64,000 nucleotides of DNA from Hydrurus foetidus (Eukaryota): NCBI GenBank assembly GCA_900617105.1, contig UYFQ01000292.1:1-64000 (forward strand). Reading direction: 5' to 3'. The notes under the pieces were generated by a model. It was given only the letters and a program-made list of their open reading frames with translations. It was not told the DNA's origin and made no database searches. The stretch's first letter is position 1. Every line of letters begins with the position of its first letter. Shown piece by piece: positions 1-11,900 of the stretch. The translations under genes and the position numbers were made by a program.

Positions 1-3000
1 GTGCAACGAGCTCGGCTTCCGTGCTTGATTTGGTCATCAAGCGCTGTGTGCCGCTCTTGGCGTAAATCGCTCCCTTCCCAAGGGTAATTACGCAACCTGT
101 GTGACTTTTCATATCGGGATGTATGGCGAAGGATGCATCGACATATGCAATCACATGTATAGGTTCATGTGCTTCAAATGTTACACCCAAGTTCTGGGTA
201 TCCCGTATGTACTGTACCGTACGGATCAACTTATTATAGTCGTCCCTTTGGGGCTTAGTCACTCTCTTGGTCAGGAACGCTACGGCTGTCAGAATATCTG
301 GCCTCGTCCTCTTGCTCAGGTAGAGTAGCTTCGCTGTAATAGAATGGAAACGCTCACGCAAGTTATCGGGTAAGGGTGAGTCACATTCGTCAGGTACAGT
401 GAATAGGTTAGATTGTGCAGGTGTGTTAGCCTTGCCAGGCATATCCTTACACCCCTCAATGAGGTCTTGCACAAATCCCTCCATAGTCATCTTGACGCTG
501 CCTGCCTTAGTGAAGTCAAATGTCATACCTATGTAGTTTAAAACTTTGCCTCGGTGTTTGGTTAGACCGGGGTATATAGTTTCAATTTGCTGAATAACAT
601 CGTCAACGCGAGATTCATTGAAGCAGTGATAATCATATCATCAACATGAATTACGAGTGAGGTTTGTGTGTTATCTGATTCAGTTCGGTTGAATACGCAT
701 ATGTCATATTCATTAGCAGTATAATTGAATTTAATCAAATCACTGGATAGTTTATCATACCATAGCTTAGCAGATTCAACGCATCCATATAACGCTTTCT
801 TAAGTTTAACAATACATGTTCCATTGTTATTCATGTATTTGTTATATGTTGCATCAATATTAATTAGTGCAGCAGTCAGTTGTTTATTCAGACGCATGTA
901 TACAACATGGTCGCCGGTCAGCGGCATATCACTATTCAGGAATGCACCGGGGAAGTCAACAGTGGCGACAGCACGCTTCTGTCTAGCAGCAATTGCAGTC
1001 AGTATGAATACACTAGATGTGCTAGCAGTAGGTGATGCGCCATTGTTATAAACATCTCTATCTTGTAAGTGCCCACCGGCGACTAGTCTAGATTTCAGTT
1101 TTTCAAACATACCATCAGCAGTATACTTTTCTTTCAAGAACATGCTACTAGGTATAATGGTGCGTTTTTGTTGTGGGGTGAGGGATTCATAAGTTACACC
1201 TTCCCAAACATTCTTATCACACATTTGTTTCAATTCAGATGATGGAATCAACAGCTATCACCCCTAACTTATTAATACCTTCATTAACAGTCATTTTGTA
1301 CAGGTGAGTGTGGTTGTAGAACAGATTACCAACATATTTCTTATCCCATTTACCAAGTTGGTGATTTCTACCACTTCTACGTAACACGGGTGAGTTTACA
1401 ACAGGTGGGTCATATGCGGTTTCAATTATGGTGGCAGGTGGTGTGAATACTTCAGTGTGTACAGTTACATCAGCAAAGTCATCTTCATCATCACTTATAC
1501 CAAATATGTCATCTATCAGTGCTTGATCATATTTAGGTGTGGAGACATGTGTGTCATCATAATATAGTTCGTCATTGTCGTATGTAGTGTCACTCACATA
1601 TAGTGTGTCATCTACATATTTATCTAATGTGGGTGGGTGGTTTTCATCAGACATGTCGAGTTGTGATTCAGGATATGTGTCGTTATCATTGTGATCGTTA
1701 TCTTCAATAATCTCATCGGTGTAATCTGCGTTAGCATTTTCATCGACAGTTTCATATTCAACATCACCAATGTAAGCACTATCATCTTCAACATCGTCGT
1801 CATCATCAAATACGATGTGACTACTATTCTCAAATACAGGCTGTTTAACATTGGCAGTTTTTCTTCTTGGAGGTAATACATTCAAGTGTAATATCACTTC
1901 ATCAGGCATAGGTAGTACAGTCGCTTTAGTACGTTTGATAATATATTCGTTAGCTAACAGCATATAGTACCATGAACCTTCTAGATTACCGGAGCTCATA
2001 AGTGCTATGGCCCCGGCTGTTCTTGGTTTGGTAGAATTATCAATGACATCATTATGCGCTTGAACATAATCACCAAAACCGTGTTTAATCTCCTTATCTA
2101 CCTCTAACTTTCTTCCAGTAAATTTCTCTGTCGGACTGATGCGGTTAAGTGAGTTACGTGTGGGAGCTAATACAATTCTACTGACTGCATACTTAACTAA
2201 CCACACTTCTAATTTCTCGTTTAATGAGAATGGCAGAGAATTAATCACTGATCTTACTCTCTCCTTTATGTGTCGTATCTTACGCTCGACTACGGCTACG
2301 GCTTCTCCGGCTCCGGTAACGTCTAATACTATACCTCTTAAGCCGACTTTGTTGTGAAACCATTCTGTGTTAATTGCACCCTCGCCGTCTACTCGGATCA
2401 TCTTAACTCTGAATCTGTACTTTACCATGCTTGCTAATGAAGTCTTTAAACTGTTCCATATGCTCCTGTGTTCTCTGTTAGCTAACTTGCTAACGTATAG
2501 GAACTCGATAGGCTGAACAACTGATACTAGATATGGTACCTGGTTGACGAACATTATATCTACGTAAATGATTTGTTCTGTCTTGTACTCAATACCTATC
2601 AATGGTAACTTCTCTTCGAACTTGGCCTGGTGACTAGTGGTCTTCCCCTTAAGGGATCCCACGTCCGGTCGCCATATATCAATGGCTCTATGTACGTCTC
2701 GCGCGGTCACTTTGCTATTAGTCAAATTCCCTTGGGATATTAATTTAATAGTCTGTGCTGCGCTAGCGTATCCTAATCTACGCTGATAGTCTCTAGCTAA
2801 CGACGCGTCTCTAACTTTTCTCAAAGTATACTTTTTCTTATTCTGGTCTACTGTCGTAACTAACATTGGCATGCATTCTGTTACCATAGTGTCAAGATTG
2901 CATTGGTATATATTCGCAGTTTCATCTCGTGAGAATCTATAAACATATTTTCCCCTGACGTCTTGCACTATGTAACAATCATAATCATGTAAGTACTTAA

Positions 3001-3439
3001 CATCAGTACAGTCACGTACAGCATTACCAAAAGACAATATATTACCAGCACAGTCAGGGCTATAATACACATTGCCGAACGCCGACACCCCACGTTTCTT
3101 GATTATTAGCGGTTTTCCTTTCGGATTCACCCCGCTAACAATCATAGGTGTGGGTGCGTGTTCGACATTATACAGCAGGGATGAGTCGTTGAATACCGAC
3201 TCACCAGCACATGTGTCAAGCAGTATGTGTCTACTTCTAATCGTGTTATATATATTGCATGTATTAGCACTAAAAACAATATGATCACATGTTTCAATTC
3301 CGCTAGTGGAATCAGCCAAACATGGAGGATCGGTGTGTGTGTGTAAGGGTGTGTGTGGGAATGTAAGTGCAGGTGTATGTACGGGTGTAGGTGTGGGTGA
3401 GTGTACAGGTGAGGAATAATGTATCTTACTTAGTTTACC
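1..3439 (-). pseudogene. pol: Copia #1 pol (PR-IN-RT-RNase H), frameshifted near 1240, 600 and further downstream; partial
   Basis: ORFs 1235..3319 and 562..1251 carry PR, IN and RT motifs; the pol frame is open upstream to 3472; breaks may be assembly indels. Confidence 0.85.
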
Positions 3440-4543
3440 GACTTTCCACTGGGTGCTGATGCACCCGCTTGGCTATCCTTGGCCGTGCACTCGTAAGAGT
3501 AGTGTCCGGCTTCACCGCACTGATTACAGTTCCCGGGACGGGTGCCGTACGACGTACGCCCACCCTTCCCTCTGCCCCCGTTCCCATTGGCTTTACCTTT
3601 CTCCGCTGGTTTCTCACCTCCAGCCGTTTTCGTCGCGAAAACGTTGGTCTGGTTGGGTGGTGTTGCAGCAGCAGCTGCTGGTTTCTTCGGCGTTACCTTG
3701 GCCATCTCGAGGTACGCGTCCTCGAGAGTGTCTGGCCAGTCTTTGAGCCTGTGCTCGTAGTACTCTACGTAATGACGGTACCCGGAATTCAACCCGTTCA
3801 TGAACTTCATCCCAGATAGTATTTCGTTGTGGGCGGTCATGGCCTCGTTGTATTCGGGCATGACCCCTAGGGCACGCATGGTGTCCTCGTATCCAGTCTT
3901 CAGCGCTTTGAAGCGCTGGTAGTAGAATTTCAACGCGTCGTTCGGCTCCATTCTCACGGTCTCGTACGCCATGCGTACTCTCAGCAAATTCTGATCCGCA
4001 CCTAGTCTCGGGTCTGACAGGTGGGTCAGAATGATTGCTCGGAGTAGCAATAGCGGGTCCTCCTCTAGCATAGCTGTGATGCCCGATTCCGTTTCTCTTA
4101 TTGTCGACTTTCGATTGCTCGCTAATCTGTCCCAGCATGAGACCGAAAACTTGTTTTCGGTCTTCCCTTAGTGTCAGGACTAGCTTGTCGTAGAGCTCTA
4201 GTGCTCTCTTCCATTTAGTAGCGACCATAAATCCAGCATCTAGAGGTATGTCTACCGGAGCGACATATTGCGGGTAAGTACCCGGTATGCCCTCATTGCC
4301 GAATATCTCGCAGATATCGGACTTATAGTTTGCGCGTGTGTATTCGCGAAACTTTCTCATCCATGCGCTTACGCTACCATGGTTCATCTCTCTTCCAAGA
4401 TCCAGGAATGCGCCGATCGCGGCTACCGTTCCTGTTCTTGGTGGAGGCTTCGCACCGCGGCCAGCATTCCCTCTGCCACTGTTGGCAGGGTTTGCTCGAC
4501 CGCCTGCGGGATTGTGCTCTCGGCCTCTGCCTCTGCCTTTCAT
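3430..4543 (-). CDS. gag: Copia #1 Gag (one frameshift near 4110)
   Basis: ATG at 4543 (MKGRGRGR...); ORFs 3614..4555 and 3430..4071 join; CCHC knuckle; homologous to Gag of element #2. Confidence 0.8.
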
Positions 4544-4577
4544 TGCAAGTTGCAAGTTCGAAAGCTTTTGTTAATTA

Positions 4578-4943
4578 TGTCGTACGGTTGGCGTTCAGAC
4601 TCACTGAATGTCACACTAGATCTTCCTGCGTACGCTCTCCTTCTGCAACTTCTGCACAGTAGCTAGCAACTGACTCGGCTCGAAGAGAAAGTTCTGCTGT
4701 TTGTGAGGTTAAAGGTAATTAACAATGCAACGTGTCTTACATTGTTCATGGAGACAGCCGACAAGATCGCGCTGTCCCACACAGTCAAACATGGTGTACT
4801 TTCATTGCTTTCGATGTTCCTGGGTTAAAAAGAACTTGGACCGTGTGGAGTAGCGACCCCCACACAGCACACGACGGTGAAACGTCATCAAGCGTACATA
4901 CGTAATGACTTATACGGTTACTTAACACACAGTTATTCCGACA
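4578..4943 (-). repeat. Putative 5' LTR of Copia #1
   Basis: Inner end TGTCG at 4578, 34 nt from the gag ATG, with local similarity to the LTR of element #2 (AAGAGAA...GTTCT...GTT...TAA...ACGTG). Outer end has CGACA candidates at 4763 and 4943 and AACA at 4791; the partner LTR is outside the window. Confidence 0.5.
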
Positions 4944-5194
4944 CCAAGATCGCAACCAAGTGTACAGGGTTTCTGAGAAGTGAGGAGAGAGGAGAGCATG
5001 CGGCGAAAGAAGAGTTTGTAGCTCAAAAGCCTCCAACTGTTTCATCAGATAGAGAAGATAAAGGGTCCATTTGTGCCAGCTGCTGCTTCGGACGCATGGA
5101 TCGCATGTTGGGCGGACGGTATCGGAATCTGATGAAAAGTAGCATGCACATGAAACTATTGTCGGATACCCCATGAGTCTGTGAGCAACTTAAC

Positions 5195-6754
5195 ATGGCA
5201 TTCCTACAGCACTTGATAAGATGGTTGCAGCTAATGTTGGCGAGTTTATCGTGGTGTTTGAGCGAAGGCGTGAGGCACCAACATCCTTTCTTGTGGGATG
5301 AGATGAATGAGATACACAACACGACTCGAGTTGCAATTCACAGAGGAGATGGAAATTCAGTCCCTTTCGCTTCCACGATTCTCCAGGGGCAGCACCTATA
5401 TGTGTCATTGACAACCATTCATAACAGAATATACGGAATCATGACGACTATTGAAAGCATCATAAGTGGTACTGTCTGGCCAGATCATATATATGTGTTT
5501 GTTTCAAGGGATCCGTATTTATTAGATCTTGGAGTAACTCCTGGGTTTATCCTCTCGGAATCCAAAGGAAAACTGACAGAAATACTGCAAATATACCCTT
5601 GGATTTCAGTCGTGTTCACCGAAAATTTAGGTCCACATAGGAAATTGTTACCACTACTTGCTAAAAAGTGGGACGAGGATTGTGTGATTGTTACTATAGA
5701 TGACCATGAAACATATCGAAAGAAAACACTAGAGACATTAATGAAGTTTTACGATGAGTCTGGGAGGAACGCAGTGGTTGCTTTGAGAGCGAGGCGCATG
5801 GGAATATGCAGCGATGCTCCACCATGGCGAGTAGCGCCCTATACGAAGAACAGAAAAGGACTGTGGCCGGAAGCTTCTCCGGCATATCGAGAAATGCTCA
5901 TTCTCCCCACTGGTACTGGAGGGGTGCTGTATAGACCGAGATTCTTCCATCCCATCGTTTTCGACAGAAGGTTGATAAACTCAACAAAGACAGGTGATGA
6001 TTTGCTGTTCCGATTAGCAACTCTCGCCATGAGTGTTCCTGTCGTCACAGCGTGTGTGGAAAGGGATGCATTGGGAAAGCCGTGTCCGGCCGGAATTATC
6101 CGTATAGACCGGTACAATCGAGACTACCCCTCAATGGCCCAATTCACATTTGGTAGTAATTATTCGGATGAGTCACAACAGGGATTATTTCGTTCACCAG
6201 GAGTGCAGTCAGCTTATAAAATGGCACATCATAACAATGAATATGCTAAGAAACATCGAGGAAGGAAGAAGCGTGGTAGCTCACCTAAAGAAATTGCTTT
6301 GTCCGTTTTAAACAACTCCGATGGTGCGATGAGGCAATTAAATGTTGAAGCACAACCAAACCAATTAAAAAGTGTAGCAGAACCGGTTGTCAAATGGGAA
6401 AATGATCCGAGGAGAATAGAAAGTCTCGCGTCAAAATTTAATACAGGCGGAGGAAATAATGCCATGTGGAGACAGACACTGAACCTATTAGAGGAAACGA
6501 AAATATTTGATTTTCATGCTTTTTTGCAACACTTTGCGCCGTTTGAACGCAAGCAGTGTTTATTGAGTTATTCTATACTTTCCAAAGCGAAGAAAATTGA
6601 TCAGAAAACTAGTTTTTTTGATCAATTAAAAATATCTATTCAATCTGTATACAGTGCTCAATGTGGACTGAATGCATGCGATTATGAACATGGTAAAAAG
6701 AAGCCTTACAGAGCCACAAATCACGTTCTCGAAAACAGCAGTACAACTTCTTGA
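5195..6754 (+). CDS. GT-A fold (family-2-like) glycosyltransferase, 519 aa
   Basis: Motifs VSLTT..RI, GPHRKLLP, IVTIDD (DxD-like), LPTGTGGVLY, GDDL; hydrophobic N-terminus. Confidence 0.75.
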   Translation: MAFLQHLIRWLQLMLASLSWCLSEGVRHQHPFLWDEMNEIHNTTRVAIHRGDGNSVPFASTILQGQHLYVSLTTIHNRIYGIMTTIESIISGTVWPDHIYVFVSRDPYLLDLGVTPGFILSESKGKLTEILQIYPWISVVFTENLGPHRKLLPLLAKKWDEDCVIVTIDDHETYRKKTLETLMKFYDESGRNAVVALRARRMGICSDAPPWRVAPYTKNRKGLWPEASPAYREMLILPTGTGGVLYRPRFFHPIVFDRRLINSTKTGDDLLFRLATLAMSVPVVTACVERDALGKPCPAGIIRIDRYNRDYPSMAQFTFGSNYSDESQQGLFRSPGVQSAYKMAHHNNEYAKKHRGRKKRGSSPKEIALSVLNNSDGAMRQLNVEAQPNQLKSVAEPVVKWENDPRRIESLASKFNTGGGNNAMWRQTLNLLEETKIFDFHAFLQHFAPFERKQCLLSYSILSKAKKIDQKTSFFDQLKISIQSVYSAQCGLNACDYEHGKKKPYRATNHVLENSSTTS

Positions 6755-7335
6755 GACAGAAAAGAGATTTTTATTCTGCATTTTCTGTGTGATGCAAAAC
6801 AAATAATGGTGACTTCCTTTCAAAATCGTTTTAAACTATTTAAATCAGACAAATATGTTAAATTTTGGACTTTTTTTTGCTCGGAGATTAGTTTGCAAGT
6901 GGATTCTAAACAAATTAGGACATCTTTGAATTACTTAGTGTTGGGACACTGAAGAGAGGCGATAATTTCATTACTGGCCATCGCCAAGGACACAAATGAT
7001 TGTCAAGCTTCAAACGAAATCTAGAGGAATTCTCGTGGGGAGATTTCTTCTTCTTCTTATAAAAGAGTTGGGGAACTATCGACTGTTTCACCGAAGGGTT
7101 TCACTACACTTCACTGAATTTCGGTCCTTTTTCCTCTTTTAAATTTTTACAGTAGGAGTTTTTTGTTTTTAGGTCGGTCATTCATCGTCCTGACGAAACG
7201 TCAGTCATCTCGTCATCTCTTGTCATCATTCATCTGACTCCATCATAAGTGTTTCCAGAGGGCAATTATTTACCTGGCAGCAGGCCACAGCAAGGGCGGG
7301 GGAAAAAAGGACTTTGTCTTGCTGTGAATTGACGA

Positions 7336-8364
7336 ATGAGTTGGTTCGCGACAAGGACGGTGACTTCAAGTGCCGTCGCGATTCAGCTGACAATTTTACT
7401 CATTTCTGCCATGACTAGTAGATCATTCCTTCAACAAATCATCATACGAAAAGCATACTCCGTGTGTGACACCAGAATATTGTGTTATCTTGGGAGGAGA
7501 TCAGTCAATACCAAAATATACTGCGCAACCAATGTTGCTGATATTGAAGGAACTGCTGACACAGAGAAGAAATGGGACATAAAAGCTTTGAAACTTGAGG
7601 TCAATAGAACGTACATGAGAACATTCAAGAAAGTAGGAAAGGCTGATGAGAGGTTAAGCAAGGCTTTGATTGAATATAACGATATATTGAATACAGCAAA
7701 CGTCTCCGAGAAGAGGATGTTAGAGTGTCCGAATCCTGATGATCTTCAAGTTGACTTGAATAACCTCCGGAAAACAATGAAGAAGTTGATATACTTAGAA
7801 GAAGAACTCAAAAGCATCAAATCAGTGGGTAATGAGAAGTTTCCTGCTTTAGCTGCTCTAGCGCTTGAGTTAGGAGTGAGTGACGTTGCACCTATTCCGC
7901 AAGAACGCGGTCCTAAGAAACCAAAAGGAAAGATGACAGGTCCAAGAAGACCTTATCACGTCTACACTGGATTGGACGGTATCGAGATAAGAGTGGGGAG
8001 AGGTGCGAGTGACAATGACGAGTTGTCATGCAATCCCGCGCATCGTGACGGTCCAGACTGGTGGCTGCATGTAGCTGGCTGTCCTGGCAGCCATGTAGTT
8101 ATCCGATCACACGAAGACCTCCTCCCTGAGAAATTCAAAGAAACCCTATTAGATGCTGCAGTTTTAGCTGTGATAAATAGCAAGGGCTCTCAGTCAGGGA
8201 GAGTGCCAGTGACATACACCAGGTGTAGATTTGTGTCCAAGCCAGGGGGGTCAAAACCTGGGCTTGTTTTTCTTAGTGGTGACGTAAGTACGATAAAAAT
8301 AGATGTAAAAGCAGAAGCGTTGCGGATAGAACGATTGGAGAAAACAAAAGAAGCTGTACAGTGA
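7336..8364 (+). CDS. NFACT RNA-binding (NFACT-R/DUF814) domain protein, 342 aa
   Basis: C-terminal IRVGRGASDNDEL...DWWLHVAGCPGSHVVIR...DAAVLA...VSKPGGSKPGLV; the N-terminal extension may be a targeting peptide. Confidence 0.85.
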   Translation: MSWFATRTVTSSAVAIQLTILLISAMTSRSFLQQIIIRKAYSVCDTRILCYLGRRSVNTKIYCATNVADIEGTADTEKKWDIKALKLEVNRTYMRTFKKVGKADERLSKALIEYNDILNTANVSEKRMLECPNPDDLQVDLNNLRKTMKKLIYLEEELKSIKSVGNEKFPALAALALELGVSDVAPIPQERGPKKPKGKMTGPRRPYHVYTGLDGIEIRVGRGASDNDELSCNPAHRDGPDWWLHVAGCPGSHVVIRSHEDLLPEKFKETLLDAAVLAVINSKGSQSGRVPVTYTRCRFVSKPGGSKPGLVFLSGDVSTIKIDVKAEALRIERLEKTKEAVQ

Positions 8365-8956
8365 TGGTCTAATGAGCCAAATTTATTAGAATGCTTGAAC
8401 AACACGAACTGACAGATTTCACATTTTAAAATCACTGAAGTCATTTATAATTCAAAATGCCCCTTACCTTACAATGTCAAAAGCCCACAAATCTACTGAT
8501 TGACATTCTCTCACTAAAATTTCCATTTGTCGTTGCATTCATGATAATTATCATCGTACAAATTACGGCAATAAGTTCTTTTTTATAACTTGAAAAATTT
8601 ATTCAGAAAATTTCCTGTACTTTTTTTCTGTGAAAATTCTATTCGAAACCACAGAACTGCGGCGGAGAGCATACACCACACTATTGTTTCAGTTTTTTTT
8701 TACATTTTATGCAAGCAAAGAATTGGCAGACATCGCTTTTCGAAGAATATCAGGCCTCTCTCTCACTTCCTAACAGACAGATGGTAGGAGAAAGCGTGAT
8801 TAGAATCTCCTCTTTCTCTCTTCATCTTCTCTTTCCGTTCTTCTCCTCTGTTTCTCTCGATGCCCGTAGAAGTAGTGAATGAACCAAATCGTGGCTAAGG
8901 AGCCACCAAGCAATATTACATCCGTATAAGATCAACTTTTTGTATTCTTATTTCTT

Positions 8957-11900
8957 CTAGAGAAAACAATAAAATGAATCCGAAGTGTAGTCAGAAGGGG
9001 AAGATGACAAAAAATCATCATACTTTTCAACAGATATTAAATTCAAAGTCAATGCAGATTCTAGTCTGAGATTTGTGGAAATATGAATACCCTTACCCTT
9101 TGAAGGATGTCCGTCTGTCTTCACCTTCTCTTTCTTATTTACATTCACTATCCTTTTCTTTTGACCATCAACATCACTGCTACGATTTTCTCGTTTTTTA
9201 TGTTGAGATTCATCGAGACCATTTTTGTTTTTTTTGGCTTCAGCTGATTTTTTCTTCATCTCGAAAACTGAATCTTTTTTATTTTTAACTTTGTTTTTAT
9301 TAATGATACCGCCATTCTTGGATTTCTTGTTTTTGTCCGTACCTCCATTTTTGTCGCTATTGTTATTGCTGTTCCGTATAGTCGTATTAGATGCTATATC
9401 AGATTTATTTCTGGTGGGATGGATTTCATCGTCATCAATTTCACTTGAACTATTTTTCATTTTTAACGGTGACGCTCCAGCTCGAACTGAAAGAAGTTTT
9501 TTGTTCTTTTTTCCTGTAGCATTTATGTTATTAAGATTTGTCCTTTTTGTGGAATTTCCATCATCGGTGATTTTTCGATTTAATTTACGATACAGAAAAT
9601 TTTTGATTTCCTTTTTGCTTGCTAATAATCGAGACACTTTCTTGTTCATTTTCTTGCTTGAGTGTGCTGATTTGGTATGAAAATCGTAGGATTCAGTCAT
9701 GGCTTGCAGGCCGTGTATGTAGTGGTTCATACGATGAGATTCTACACTGTCTTTTGAGGAGCCTGAAACGAGGTAGTGAAACGAGGTAGTGAAATGAGGT
9801 AGTGAAATGAGGGAGTGTAGTTAAGTTGTGACATGAGGTAGTGTGGTGTGATGCCATAGAGACAGAAAACGAGTCAAAATTTGACTCAAAAATAGGGGGC
9901 AGCGAACAAGACATGGGATGTCGTGAATAAAATACTAAAATGAGAATCAGATGTGTCAGTATTGCAAGGCGTTTCATCAGCACGTACGACACATGCAGCA
10001 AATGCCGTACTTACCGCTGCAAACAAAAAGAATGCTCCCCGCACTGCTCGAATTCTTACAATTATTACTCGAATTTGCATCAATTTTATTACTTCTATTT
10101 TCTAATTTAGTCTTATTTCGATCATTATTTTTATCATGTTTTGATCTAAAATAATTTTTCTTTTTTTCTTTACTTGCTCCAGTATTATCCGTCTTTGTTT
10201 TAATTTCATTTTTAGTGCTACTTTCGATTATGAAATTTTTCGAATTGCGCTTCTTTGTTTTTGGCGATTGGGATTGTGGTGCACGTTTTTTGTCTTCACT
10301 ACCACTGAGCTGTGTATTGTTCTTAAGAGCATCGTTATCTTGATATTGGTGCGATGTGTTCTCCTCTGTTATGTGCTGATGACTCTCAGCTAATTTGCTG
10401 GAATTTCTTTTTGTTTTATCACTCACGCCAACATTACTTTTGATGCTACTTTTCTTTTCATCTTTTTTTCTTTTTTTCCCTCCAGAACCTGACAGCCAAT
10501 TTCCAATTACCCCGCCCACACGATCGACCAGTTGTGTCACAATGTCAACTTCGCAATTCGGATACTTAGTTAAACTTACCACTCTTATGTACCTAATATG
10601 GTGTACAATTTGAAGCAGCTTGATAGTGTTAGACGTTGCGTGTTTTGGTAATTATAGTCTTATTGAATTAGCCTCCTGAAAATTCCTCTACCTCAAGTTT
10701 TACTTCATGATAATTTTAATTTTTCAGGACTAGATGAATACATCATAGACAGTACTGTGACATTCGGTAGAGAACAACGTGCAATACAATACAACACAAT
10801 ACAATACAATACAATGTAATACAATAAAATGCAATACAATACAATACAATACAATACAATACAATACAATACAATACAATACAATACAATACAATGCAAT
10901 ATAATACAATGCAACACAATGCAATACAATATTATACAATACAATACAACACAATGCAATACAATACAAAACAGTACAATGCAATACAATGCAATACAAT
11001 GCAATACAATATTATACAATACAATACAACACAATACAGTACAATACAAAACAGTACAATACAACACAATACAATGCAATACAATACAATACAACACAAT
11101 ACAACACAATACAATACAATACAATACAATATTATACAATACAATACAATACAATACAATACAACACAACACAATACAACACAACACAACACAACACAAC
11201 ACAACACAACACAATACAATACAACACAACACAACACAACACAACACAACACAACACAACACAACACAACACAACACAACACAACACAACACAACACAAC
11301 ACAACACAACACAACACAACACAACACAACACAACACATCACAACGCAATAAAGCACATACTGCAACATACTCGAAACTTAAAATAAAAAAATGCTGCAT
11401 GTTTTGACAAAAGTTATTTATGATAGTTTAGCATTTTAAAATGCATTGAAATAAAATCTAATGCTCCAAAGGAATAAATTTTACAAGTACATGGAAGAAA
11501 TAGTATCGTAAATGCATGGAAGAGGAACACCGAAAAGTGTCATTTCTAGATCAGTGTTTTTTGCCTACCTGTCTCGCAGAAGTGTAGCGGCCGTTTCAGA
11601 AGAAAGTGTTACACTTTTGAAAAAAGATGAAGACGCTAAATCGGGCTGGCCAAAAGTGTAAACAAACAAATTGTTCAACATATTCGGATCGGCTGTGAGT
11701 GTGCATCTTCTTCCCTTGTGATGTGTATACGACCCACAGTGCAATTCTCTACTTCTAATACTCTCTTTCGAACTGTTTCGATCTTCTCTTTTTGTTTCCT
11801 CATTTTCAAACACATCATATGTCGCCTCCTCTGACAAAAATTTGTCACTCTCACCATTTTTCTCATTTTTCTCACTTTTTTTATTTTTTTTATTTTTATG

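Larger units (their letters stand above)
1..4943 (-). mobile_element. Ty1/copia LTR retrotransposon #1 (CoDi-like), 3' end outside window
   Basis: Minus-strand order gag (zinc knuckle CNQCGEAGHYSYEC), protease (LLDTCAGES), integrase (YVDIMF/RVDGEG/VVERK), RT (KSRLVAGG, KALYGC, IHVDDM), RNase H (YVDAS...KSHTGC near 100-150). Integrase before RT indicates Copia. Outer LTR end is uncertain. Confidence 0.92.

Noticed and set aside
1230..1255. Frameshift at the same IN/RT position in both Copia elements (also near 22675)
   Set aside because: The net shifts differ (two bases vs one base missing) and both fit A-run deletions, so error or decay is more likely than programmed recoding.
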